Shown here piece by piece: positions 37,022-45,442 of a DNA stretch of 64,000 nt. A model generated the notes under the pieces. That model had not been told where the DNA came from and did not search any database. It saw only the letters and a program-made list of their open reading frames with translations. The stretch covers positions 14,626-78,625 of the forward strand of contig JAPKCS010000004.1 of NCBI GenBank assembly GCA_028822845.1, written 5' to 3'. The stretch's first letter is position 1. Each line of letters starts with the position of its first letter. This DNA comes from Candidatus Poseidoniaceae archaeon (lineage in GTDB: Archaea; Thermoplasmatota; Poseidoniia; Poseidoniales; Poseidoniaceae). The position numbers and the translations under genes were made by a program.

Positions 37022-39547
37022 TCAGCGACCCATCACTGCTGCGTGAACTTGGGCTTGTACTTCACGCATCCGTGATTTCGCACCAAGTTCTCTGAACACA
37101 GCAAGAGCACGTTGCAGGTATTCCATTCGACGAGGTTTATCTGTAGCCACGCCTCCTAGACGGGAGAGAAGTTCTCCAATTTGCATTCGAAGATCGTTGG
37201 CTTCTGCGATCACAAGGGCTTCACGGTAGTGTTCCATTGCCTCTTCGGCCTTTCCTGAGTCCTGGAGGACTTCACCAAGAAGAATGGTGACTTCGACGAG
37301 TGACAATAAGTCACCCGCTTCACTCATTGTTGCTAGCGCAGTCGAGTAGTGGTGTGAAGCAACATCAGCATCTCCAACCTTCGCATAGTATCGCCCAAGC
37401 ACTGCTTGAGCGCGAGCATGAAGCACTGGGTCCTCGCTGTCATCTGTGAGTTCGAAGGCTTCCAAAGCGTGGTCTCTGGCCCGGTCAATTTCACCAAGAT
37501 CTAAGAACGAACGGGCGAGGATCAATTGAGAACCAATCAAATCGGTTCCTTTTGATTCTTTGAGGATCGTTTCGACTTCACCGTAAGCTTCCAAGGCTTT
37601 GATTCGATCGTTCTTCCTTCGCAGAAGGTAACCCATGTTGTTGTATGAACGGGCTGCCCCTTTGGCGTCTTCTAATTCAATGAACTTTTCAAGCGCTTCT
37701 CGGTGCATGGACAAGGCCTTGTCAGCGTTGCCCTGCTTCAGGGAAATGTCGGCAAGGGCTGCAAGAATTTCTGCCTCGACCAGTGTCGCATTGGAAGAAG
37801 CAGCGAGCGACTGTGCTTCACTGAACACTTCTTCGGCTTCAGAAAATCGACCGAGAAGAACGAGAACTTCCCCGCGCAGTTGGCAGACTTTCACGTAGAC
37901 TTCCGCTTGCAGGTCAGAACCATCAACGCTCTCCATAAGTGGGAGTAATTCCATGTGTCCTTGTGAAACAAGCGTTCTGCCTTCAGAGGCGATGAGGTTG
38001 GATGCTGCTTCATGGCCATCGGAGCGAATAAGGTGGTGGATGTGCTCGATCACCGAATCTGGATTCGGGGTTTGTTTTGCATACCAAAGGCAGCATTTGG
38101 CGTGGAATGATTTTCGTGTGGTGCCTTCGAGGCTTCGGAGAAGAAATTCTCGAATGAGATCGTGAACGTCATAGGTTTCAGTATCAGCTTGGCGGGCAAG
38201 TCCTTGTTCAACCAGCGCATCAAGTTCATCGGTGTCAAGACCTTGTTCAGCCAGTGCTGCAAGTTCAACAGGTTCGCGATAGATTGCTAATGCGGACAAC
38301 ACCCGCTTTTGTTCTGCGGTTAATTTCGAGAAAATTTCAACCGTTACGTAATTCTCGAGTGTTTCGTGGAACGCACCAGCAGAAGCGCCCCGATTGATGA
38401 GTTCCAAGACCAATGGGTGGCCACGGGACAAGCCGTGAATGTGAAGCCACTGTTCATCAGCAAGGTCTTCAAAACTGCTGAGAAGTTGGCGGCCTGCATC
38501 AGAATCAAGACCGTCCAAAGGAAGGACTAAACTTGCGATTCTACCTTCTGCGTCCTTGGTTGGGACAACCGGCTTAAACGACCTTGAAAAGATAACAAGA
38601 GCGATTTCCTCTTCGCTGCCAAGGAGGGCGAGGGACATGGCTTGGAAGGTTTGGTGCAACGTTGCGTCAGCAACTTTGTGAAAGTCATCGATGACAATCA
38701 GCGAAGGCGTACCTTCGAGAGCATCCACGAGCAAGCGTGCAGCGTCAGCAGGCTGGGGGACTGGGGTTGCTGCGAGGTAATCGGCAAAGGTCGAGTCACC
38801 AATGTTGGCAAGCCAGTCCGCAACAGACTCAAAGAACGAACGAGAACCTTCCCAATCCTGACAGCGGTGGTAGAGCAAATTACGACGATGCATGAACCGT
38901 TCGATCAGTTTGGAAGCGACTGTCGTTTTTCCGATGCCAGCAATCCCTGGAATGAGAAGCGTGGTGGCACGGGCTTCGATCAGGCTCGCCATGTTGTCGA
39001 GTTCCTTTTCACGGCCGTAAAAGTGACGAAGACGTGGGAGGTCACCAAGGGAGGTCACCAACTGCTTTTCCACATGCTTCGAGAGATCACGTTCGATTAA
39101 GTCTGGTGAAAGTGTTCTTGCATCGAGCACACAGTTGTCATCCATGTAACGAATAATGTCCACAGGTCGCATGGAAAAAGGCAACTTCTCGTTGACGTCC
39201 CCAAGCGTTGAATGTACGGCCAGACCGTCTTCGAGGACCGCTCGAAGTGGGAAGGAGCGGAGGCGGACCCAGGTGTCCTCAGCCAAATTCATTCCCGGGT
39301 CGGTCAAGAAGTAGGCCTTCCTTTTTCGAGAAACCCCTTTGACGTGAGCTTGACGTTCAATGAGCAAGCCCTGATCCTTGAGCCCTGCAATCGCTCGCGG
39401 AACATTGGATCGAGCAATGGCAACAGCGTTAGCAATGCCCATTTGCGAGAGAGCGAAAGGCACTTCGACACTGTTTTTGAAATCAGTGTAGTCCAACAGA
39501 TGAAGGAGGATTCTCTCTTGGACTCCGGGCTTCGGTTGTGTTGCCAT
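37022..39547 (-). CDS. wHTH-STAND/AAA NTPase-TPR protein (putative signal-transducing transcription regulator)
   Basis: N-terminal winged-helix (ILLHLLDY..MGIANAVAIARSNVPRAIAGLKDQGLLIER). Walker A PGIAGIGKTT, Walker B LIVIDDFH, and at least 7 TPR-like repeats in the C-terminal ~350 aa. ATG 39547 is preceded by GGTGGTGAG; the ORF-track TTG start is 39577. Confidence 0.75.
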   Translation of the reverse strand: MATQPKPGVQERILLHLLDYTDFKNSVEVPFALSQMGIANAVAIARSNVPRAIAGLKDQGLLIERQAHVKGVSRKRKAYFLTDPGMNLAEDTWVRLRSFPLRAVLEDGLAVHSTLGDVNEKLPFSMRPVDIIRYMDDNCVLDARTLSPDLIERDLSKHVEKQLVTSLGDLPRLRHFYGREKELDNMASLIEARATTLLIPGIAGIGKTTVASKLIERFMHRRNLLYHRCQDWEGSRSFFESVADWLANIGDSTFADYLAATPVPQPADAARLLVDALEGTPSLIVIDDFHKVADATLHQTFQAMSLALLGSEEEIALVIFSRSFKPVVPTKDAEGRIASLVLPLDGLDSDAGRQLLSSFEDLADEQWLHIHGLSRGHPLVLELINRGASAGAFHETLENYVTVEIFSKLTAEQKRVLSALAIYREPVELAALAEQGLDTDELDALVEQGLARQADTETYDVHDLIREFLLRSLEGTTRKSFHAKCCLWYAKQTPNPDSVIEHIHHLIRSDGHEAASNLIASEGRTLVSQGHMELLPLMESVDGSDLQAEVYVKVCQLRGEVLVLLGRFSEAEEVFSEAQSLAASSNATLVEAEILAALADISLKQGNADKALSMHREALEKFIELEDAKGAARSYNNMGYLLRRKNDRIKALEAYGEVETILKESKGTDLIGSQLILARSFLDLGEIDRARDHALEAFELTDDSEDPVLHARAQAVLGRYYAKVGDADVASHHYSTALATMSEAGDLLSLVEVTILLGEVLQDSGKAEEAMEHYREALVIAEANDLRMQIGELLSRLGGVATDKPRRMEYLQRALAVFRELGAKSRMREVQAQVHAAVMGR

Positions 39548-39606
39548 AATCTCACCACCCACGCTTATCCTCTTCAACTCTTGCGGCTCGGTGAGCGTTC
39601 ATTGAG

Positions 39607-42600
39607 TCATTGTTCAGGGGAGAAATTTGGATCTGGCACCCAGCTGTTGCTGGTTTCATCCCAGAGCCAACCCGGGTGGGTTGATGCTGCTGGAGCGGCT
39701 GCTACGGCTGGTGTTAGAGGGGCCGCTACGGGCTCTGGCGTTGCTTTGCCCCATGCGTAGACATCCTCGACAGGTGCGGGCCCTTCAGTATCCATTGCTC
39801 CTTCTTCATCAAAGTCTTCGTATTCAACTTGGAAGAAGAATGCACCGGCACCAATCAGAACGATTAGACCAACAATAGCACCAACGATCAACAAGAGGTT
39901 TCCGCTTCCTGCATCGGCTGAACCGGACTTCAATTGGAATAGAGAATCTGCGGTTGATCCAGGAGCGGAATAGACTTGACCATCCATTTCAAAGATAATA
40001 GCAGCCTTTTCCACACCTGAGAGTTGATTGCTGGCGATGTCCATTGACCAGGTTCCATCGGCAGCAACACGGGTTGAATTGAGGCGGATTCCCTTTGCGT
40101 CATCGAAACGAGCAGCAACGATGCTGTTTGGTAGACCTTGACCAGAGAAGGTTGCAGGGTCATTGGCGGTCACAGAACCTGTGTCAACACGCTCGGCGCT
40201 GAAAGCTACGGAGACCACAATGATGTTGACCTTGTATGAATACGCTACAGAGTCGTAAGAATCTCGTGCTTCAAACATCAGGCCAACAAGGGACCACTCG
40301 GCAATCACTGAAGTTGGTTGAACCCATGGAGGGTTGTACGTTGCGATACCTTGTGCGCTAATGGAGACGTAATCAGCATAGAAATCGTCGTCCAAATTGG
40401 TTGCATCATTGAAGATGTCAAACAAGAGATCGTTTTCTCCATCGCCGGTTCCATCGGGGTCTGAGAAGTATTCAGTCAAGTCAATGACTGCACCTTGACC
40501 GCATCGATCAATGGCGTTTGACTTGGCATCGCAGAAGATGGTGATTGTCCCAGTCCAGCCTTCTTGGTCAAAGATTGGAGCAATGTTGTTTGCATCAGTT
40601 GGATTATCAATGGTGACGCGGATCCTCTCCTCCAGTGAATAATCTTCTCCGTCATAGGCTCGAATGAGCAGTTCATACTGTTGGTCGTGAATCAGTTTTG
40701 AGGTATCCCATGTGGTGGACCAAGCGCCGTTTGATGCGAAGGTTGTCACAGGGTTTGGTCCGTTGTTTAGCATCAAACCACTGGCCAAATCTTGGATTTG
40801 AATTTCGACACGTGTCACTTGTCCGTCATTGTCTCTGGCCACGCCTTGAATGGTCTGGCTTTCAGAGGCACGAATAACGTCGCTGTTGACTGGTTCGCTC
40901 AGTTGAACGAACGGCAATGCATTGTCGTTCATGATGGTAAGTGTTCGAGTTTCAGCGTTGCATGTTCCAACAATATCCCTGCAGAAATCGCTGTCAGCAG
41001 CCCAGATACTGAAGGTGTAGGTGCCGCTTGCAAGTTCTTCAAATTGCCAATCATATGACCAGGCTGTCGATCCTTCGATGGAGAAGTGGGATGTGTAATC
41101 ATTCGGTCCACTGATGTCAAACCAAATGTTTTGGATGTCGCTCCCCCAAGTTCCTGTGTAAGGGTCGCTTGCAGAACCTGTGAAGGTCACTTTGACGTTA
41201 TCATGCGAAGTGCCATCGTTTGGTGTTTCAACGAGGATCGTTGGAGCAACGAGGTTGAGTTTGTACTTGCGCACTTCGACCGGTGAGTAATCCAGACCGT
41301 CGTAGGAGCGAACACGGAATGTGACGTCGCCTTCACCTTCAGGGTGGGCCGAAAGGTCCCAGTCAAAGGACCAGTCTTTGAACGGATGGTTCGCAAGGGT
41401 AATCTCGCCATCAGCACCAGAGGTATCCACTGCGGAGTACCAGTCATTTGATCCTGGTGGTTGGATTTCAACACGCTTAACCAAACCAAATTGCTTCTCA
41501 TAAGCTACGATGTCCAATGGATATGGACCCGAAACTCCGTCCCATGCGGTTCCAGTCAGGCTGACCGTGGTTGCGAAAGAAGCTCCATCACCTTGCGTCA
41601 CATCGACGCTTGGTTTTAGGTTGTCAAGATTGATGACGTCATCGATGGCACCGCTTAGAACAAAGTTGAACGCTTTTGTTCCCTTTCCGAATTTAGAAGC
41701 ACTCACGCTGTAGAATGGAAGCTCGCGGCCACCGGTGCAATCGGTGTCGGCATCGTCAACAAATGTATCGCCATCGTTGTCATACCCGTCAGAACAGGTG
41801 TTCTCATCCATGAATTCTGTAATGCCAGGGGCAATGGTGACTTCGACGTTGGATTCACCAACAAGGTGATTCCAGTTTCGATCGAGGTAGAAGTCACTCG
41901 GGAGAGAAATCTCGGGAGTGAAACCGAAAGCGTCGGTTTGGAGGGTGTAAAGTGGGAGACCAGTTGCATCGCTGATGACCACAGTCGCGTCATAGACGTT
42001 GCTGTTCTTGGCTTTCACCTGGTAGCGAACCAATTCCCCTTCTCGGACTTGAGTACCCCATGCGGAGTTTTGGTTTTGGACATGGACCTTACTGGCGTCG
42101 AAGTTCTGTAAATCTGCGAAAGAGAACACTGTCGAATTGGCCACAACCTCAAGGGCCATAGGCATGAACTTGGGAGGTAAAGCAGCTGTTGATGGGACTT
42201 GCAAGCACTCATCTTGAACGTACGGGCACTCAGCACCGTTCCACTGAAGGGACACGGGGTAGAGTTCGCCTCCGACCGGATCTGGTATGTATTCAGATTG
42301 AACGGTCACTCGAGATTCAGTGATGTTGTACACTTGGGAGGCATTGGTGTAACTGTTGCCTGAGAAGTAAGCAATGGAACCATACTTGTTACCGTAGTTG
42401 TCGTCATACATCGAAATATTGGCTGCAAAGCCACCGACTGCAACACTGTTACGTTGTGCGTTGACGATGCCACCTTTGATTCGGAAACCATCGCCTGCAT
42501 TGTTGGTGATGGTGTTGTCGTAAAGGGTGGCAGAGGACATGAACACGTGAATGGCTGGACAAGGAAAGTCTCCGCCATAGAGTTGAGAGTTGCAGGTTCC

Positions 42601-43941
42601 AGTGACGTTCGAGATCTGGTTGTTAGCGAGGTACAATCGAGCCGCTGTTGGCGTTGGAACGTTCCATCCTTGATCGCCAAAGTGGTATTCTCCGATGAGA
42701 ACTGCTTCCTTGCCAGTGTCTTGAATGGTGTTGTTTTCTGCAGTTACATCCGATGTCCCGTAAATCCACAGTCCATTCCAGCCACCAATCGGGCCAATGA
42801 TGTTGTTGTGGATGGCCACGGTCGAGGAACGAATACCAAACCCGGAGGATTCTGTAGCACCGCTGATGACGTTATCCCGTGCATCAACAATAGCTCCATC
42901 GTAGGCAGTAATTCCAGCACCTTCAGTGGTGGTGATGACGTTGTTCTCAATGTGCAGGGTGTGCTGGATGTCTCCAGTCTCTTTGTGGGAGTTGGTGTCA
43001 ATAGCGTTGCACTTGACGTTGATAGTGGAGTTGGTAAGCCATCCGGAAGTTCCTTTCAGGAAGATACCAAAGGAGTTGTCTTTCACTTCGATGTTTTCCA
43101 TGTTGATGTAGGACTCTTCCATGAAGATGAGGGTTCGGCCGCCACCTTGAGTGGTGCAATCGGGTTCAGTGTTCCCAACGAACTCCGAATTGCGGATGTT
43201 CACTGTTGCGAGGATACCAGCACCAGCACCGTAGGCTCGAACGGCTGCAGCATCGAAGCTGTTGCCGTCAACACCAATGGTGAAGCTTGAATCCTGAATG
43301 GTTGGTGCGGCGAAGTCGATGGCAAGAACGTTCGAGGTGTTGATGTTGGTGAATGTGAGTCCGGTGGCGGTGGTTGAAGAACCATCGAAGACAAGCACAC
43401 CGTACTGGAGTTGTTGGAGGGTTGCAACAAAGATTGGGTAGCCATATGCGTTCTCAAAGTGAGCGTAGTTGATCGCTGTGGCCGTTGCCGATTGATCGAT
43501 GGTTTTACGCAGAAGCAAACCAGATCCACAAGCAGCGTCACTGTTGATGTAGGTGTTGGAACCGTTGACATAGCAACGTCCTTCCTTTTCATAATCACTG
43601 GCTGATGGAACTGACCAAACGAAACGAGCCTGATTTGAGGCAGACCCTGCGCTTGCTCCACACGCAGTCGAACCAATGCAAATAGCGCCCTCGACATCGA
43701 TGAAGGCACCGTATGGAAGGTTGATTGTGGTTCCTGCATTGATGATGAGTTTGGATCCTTCTGCTACGGTGACGTCACCAGCAAGGTTGATTGTACCCGT
43801 CCAAGTTTCAGTGCCTGTGACTGTTCCAACGGTTGTTTCATTGACAGCGGATGCTGCGGGAAGTGAAATCAAACCTGCAACACTCGAGAGCAGGAGAAGC
43901 GCGACTAACGACAGACTTTTTCGGGAGGTATGTTCAGACAT
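39607..43941 (-). CDS. Giant (about 1444-1465 aa) C-terminally anchored surface protein with a right-handed parallel beta-helix (PbH1/NosD-like) region and Ig-like modules
   Basis: Signal peptide MSEHTSRKSLSLVALLLLSSVAGLISLPAASA. PbH1-like turns (NNVITTTEGAGITAYDGAIVDARDNVISGATESSGFGIRSSTVAIHNNII..). Cys/Asp-rich CSDGYDNDGDTFVDDADTDC motif. Big-like modules (GVARDNDGQVTRVEIQIQD). TM LLLIVGAIVGLIVLIGAGAFFF plus tail. The ORF-track start is 44004; 43941 is preceded by GGTG. Confidence 0.75.
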   Translation of the reverse strand: MSEHTSRKSLSLVALLLLSSVAGLISLPAASAVNETTVGTVTGTETWTGTINLAGDVTVAEGSKLIINAGTTINLPYGAFIDVEGAICIGSTACGASAGSASNQARFVWSVPSASDYEKEGRCYVNGSNTYINSDAACGSGLLLRKTIDQSATATAINYAHFENAYGYPIFVATLQQLQYGVLVFDGSSTTATGLTFTNINTSNVLAIDFAAPTIQDSSFTIGVDGNSFDAAAVRAYGAGAGILATVNIRNSEFVGNTEPDCTTQGGGRTLIFMEESYINMENIEVKDNSFGIFLKGTSGWLTNSTINVKCNAIDTNSHKETGDIQHTLHIENNVITTTEGAGITAYDGAIVDARDNVISGATESSGFGIRSSTVAIHNNIIGPIGGWNGLWIYGTSDVTAENNTIQDTGKEAVLIGEYHFGDQGWNVPTPTAARLYLANNQISNVTGTCNSQLYGGDFPCPAIHVFMSSATLYDNTITNNAGDGFRIKGGIVNAQRNSVAVGGFAANISMYDDNYGNKYGSIAYFSGNSYTNASQVYNITESRVTVQSEYIPDPVGGELYPVSLQWNGAECPYVQDECLQVPSTAALPPKFMPMALEVVANSTVFSFADLQNFDASKVHVQNQNSAWGTQVREGELVRYQVKAKNSNVYDATVVISDATGLPLYTLQTDAFGFTPEISLPSDFYLDRNWNHLVGESNVEVTIAPGITEFMDENTCSDGYDNDGDTFVDDADTDCTGGRELPFYSVSASKFGKGTKAFNFVLSGAIDDVINLDNLKPSVDVTQGDGASFATTVSLTGTAWDGVSGPYPLDIVAYEKQFGLVKRVEIQPPGSNDWYSAVDTSGADGEITLANHPFKDWSFDWDLSAHPEGEGDVTFRVRSYDGLDYSPVEVRKYKLNLVAPTILVETPNDGTSHDNVKVTFTGSASDPYTGTWGSDIQNIWFDISGPNDYTSHFSIEGSTAWSYDWQFEELASGTYTFSIWAADSDFCRDIVGTCNAETRTLTIMNDNALPFVQLSEPVNSDVIRASESQTIQGVARDNDGQVTRVEIQIQDLASGLMLNNGPNPVTTFASNGAWSTTWDTSKLIHDQQYELLIRAYDGEDYSLEERIRVTIDNPTDANNIAPIFDQEGWTGTITIFCDAKSNAIDRCGQGAVIDLTEYFSDPDGTGDGENDLLFDIFNDATNLDDDFYADYVSISAQGIATYNPPWVQPTSVIAEWSLVGLMFEARDSYDSVAYSYKVNIIVVSVAFSAERVDTGSVTANDPATFSGQGLPNSIVAARFDDAKGIRLNSTRVAADGTWSMDIASNQLSGVEKAAIIFEMDGQVYSAPGSTADSLFQLKSGSADAGSGNLLLIVGAIVGLIVLIGAGAFFFQVEYEDFDEEGAMDTEGPAPVEDVYAWGKATPEPVAAPLTPAVAAAPAASTHPGWLWDETSNSWVPDPNFSPEQ

Positions 43942-43978
43942 AACGGGCACCACTGTTCTAACCGTATTCTCCAGAGAG

Positions 43979-43984
43979 ATATAA
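43979..43984 (-). promoter_or_regulatory. Putative TATA box (TTATAT on the minus strand) for the beta-helix surface-protein gene
   Basis: Lies ~40 nt upstream of the ATG at 43941. This would give a short leader containing the GGTG SD. Confidence 0.3.
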
Positions 43985-44009
43985 CACTGCGCCTCTGTTG
44001 CCACCTTGA

Positions 44010-44080
44010 TTGTATCAAATAAGCCACATTTGTATCACGCAATTCGCCCTCGAAATATCATCGAAGGATGAAAATATCAT
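44010..44080. promoter_or_regulatory. Phased direct repeats upstream of the beta-helix gene: TTGTATCA x2 and AAATATCAT x2 (four RTATCA cores)
   Basis: TTGTATCA at 44010-44017 and 44030-44037. AAATATCAT at 44053-44061 and 44072-44080. Core spacing is 20, 23 and 19 bp, in an AT-rich 150-bp intergenic region. Confidence 0.4.
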
Positions 44081-44153
44081 TTATGCAACTTGGTTTTGAT
44101 CATAGAATGCCCTGCAATGCCCTTTTTAGAACTCTGGCGCCATCCAAATGAGA

Positions 44154-45383
44154 TCAGCAGACAGGAGCCGTTCGAGCAACTTCATCAATCCAATCCATAG
44201 CCTGTAGGTGACCATAGCCTGACCGATTATCATGGATTCCAGCATCATGCAACGGGGTGACTGAATTCATCAATGCCATCTTAATCGCGTCAATGCACGC
44301 ACCGTTCCCGCCAGATTGAGGTTTGTATTCCGGGTGTGCTTCCAACAGAAGGGCGAGGGCAGCTGTTACGAAGACAGTGGCATCGGAAGTTCCGCTGCTT
44401 GAGTACCATTCATTTCCGCTTCCTGTGCTAATGATTCCAACGCCTGGGGCGACAACTTCTGGCTTTTGGTGTGGATTCTGTCGTTGAGAACCATCCTCAA
44501 GAACTTGGGAACCTAAAGAAGAATTCCTCCAAACCAATGTGCCAAAGTCGGCAGCACCAACAGTGATCACCCGTGGAATGTTTGCTGGAACTGACACTAA
44601 GCCGTCGTCATCTGGCCCACCATCATTGCCTGCTGCTGCAACAACGAAGATACCTGCATCAACGGCACGTCGGGTAGCCGATGCAGTAGCACCTTCCCTT
44701 TCTGCATCGAGGTTCTGTTCACCGCCGAGGGAAAGCGAGATGATATCCGCTTGAAAGGTATCCTGACACCAACGAATGGAATCGGCCACGACGGATTCTT
44801 CGCCGCTGTTTTCACCGTTCGCATCCTCTCCTAAAGCAGCAACAACGCCAAGGCTGATCCCTGGTGCTGCACCAATTTGATGTTCTTGCGCCACGAGGAT
44901 GCCTGCCATGAGTGTACCATGGGCAATGAATCCATAATCGATTGGAGTGCTGGACCCTTTTCGCATATCTTTGAATGTGACTTCAACAGACGACAGCGCA
45001 TCGTGGGTGAGATCAATTCCAGTGTCCACCATGCACACTCGGACCCCCTCACCAGTCAAGCCTCGAGCGGCTGCTTCGTCCAATTGCGCTTGTTCATTGG
45101 CCCATTTCGAATCAGGTAGGCTGAGTTCAATCCACAGGATACCCGAGTTCCAAACCGACAGCAGTACAACCACCAGAATGGAAAAAATCAGACCATTGGT
45201 CAGCAGTCTTTGACGCTGGCGTCTGGCTTGAATCGGAGCAGCTTCCAGTGGAGCCCAGCCCGTCACCTCCGCTCGCCAGGCGCTTTGAAACCCAACCGCA
45301 GCAGGATCAATTGCTGAAACAATACGAGGATCATCCGGTTCTGGTAGAAATTCAACGTAGTCGAGTTCATCCATAGCTTTCAC
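44154..45383 (-). CDS. Membrane-anchored subtilisin-like serine protease (peptidase S8)
   Basis: Catalytic triad contexts VCMVDTGIDLTHDAL (Asp), HGTLMAGIL (His) and SGTSDATVFVTAALALL (Ser). N-terminal TM LIFSILVVVLLSVW (type II anchor). Confidence 0.85.
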   Translation of the reverse strand: MKAMDELDYVEFLPEPDDPRIVSAIDPAAVGFQSAWRAEVTGWAPLEAAPIQARRQRQRLLTNGLIFSILVVVLLSVWNSGILWIELSLPDSKWANEQAQLDEAAARGLTGEGVRVCMVDTGIDLTHDALSSVEVTFKDMRKGSSTPIDYGFIAHGTLMAGILVAQEHQIGAAPGISLGVVAALGEDANGENSGEESVVADSIRWCQDTFQADIISLSLGGEQNLDAEREGATASATRRAVDAGIFVVAAAGNDGGPDDDGLVSVPANIPRVITVGAADFGTLVWRNSSLGSQVLEDGSQRQNPHQKPEVVAPGVGIISTGSGNEWYSSSGTSDATVFVTAALALLLEAHPEYKPQSGGNGACIDAIKMALMNSVTPLHDAGIHDNRSGYGHLQAMDWIDEVARTAPVC

Positions 45384-45442
45384 TCAATGTATCGTCGTAC
45401 ACCCTAAATTAGGGGGTGGACGGTATAATGTGTTGTTCTCAA

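Noticed and set aside
37022-39577. Reading the STAND-TPR protein as an Avs-like antiviral sensor
   Set aside because: The N-terminal domain is a winged-helix DNA-binding module rather than a nuclease, protease or other effector. No other defence genes are adjacent, so a regulator is the more economical interpretation, though defence is not excluded.
42454-43290. 278-aa plus-strand ORF nested antisense within the 1465-aa beta-helix gene
   Set aside because: It is fully contained in a much longer ORF whose translation shows coherent beta-helix repeats. Its own translation is low-complexity (V/S/G-rich) with no motif, so it is a typical antisense shadow ORF.
45400-45418. Imperfect palindrome CACCCTAAATTAGGGGGTG between aglB and the subtilase gene
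   Set aside because: The stem is interrupted and the loop is too short for a stable hairpin. There is no adjacent oligo-T tract on the coding strand, so evidence for a terminator or operator is insufficient.
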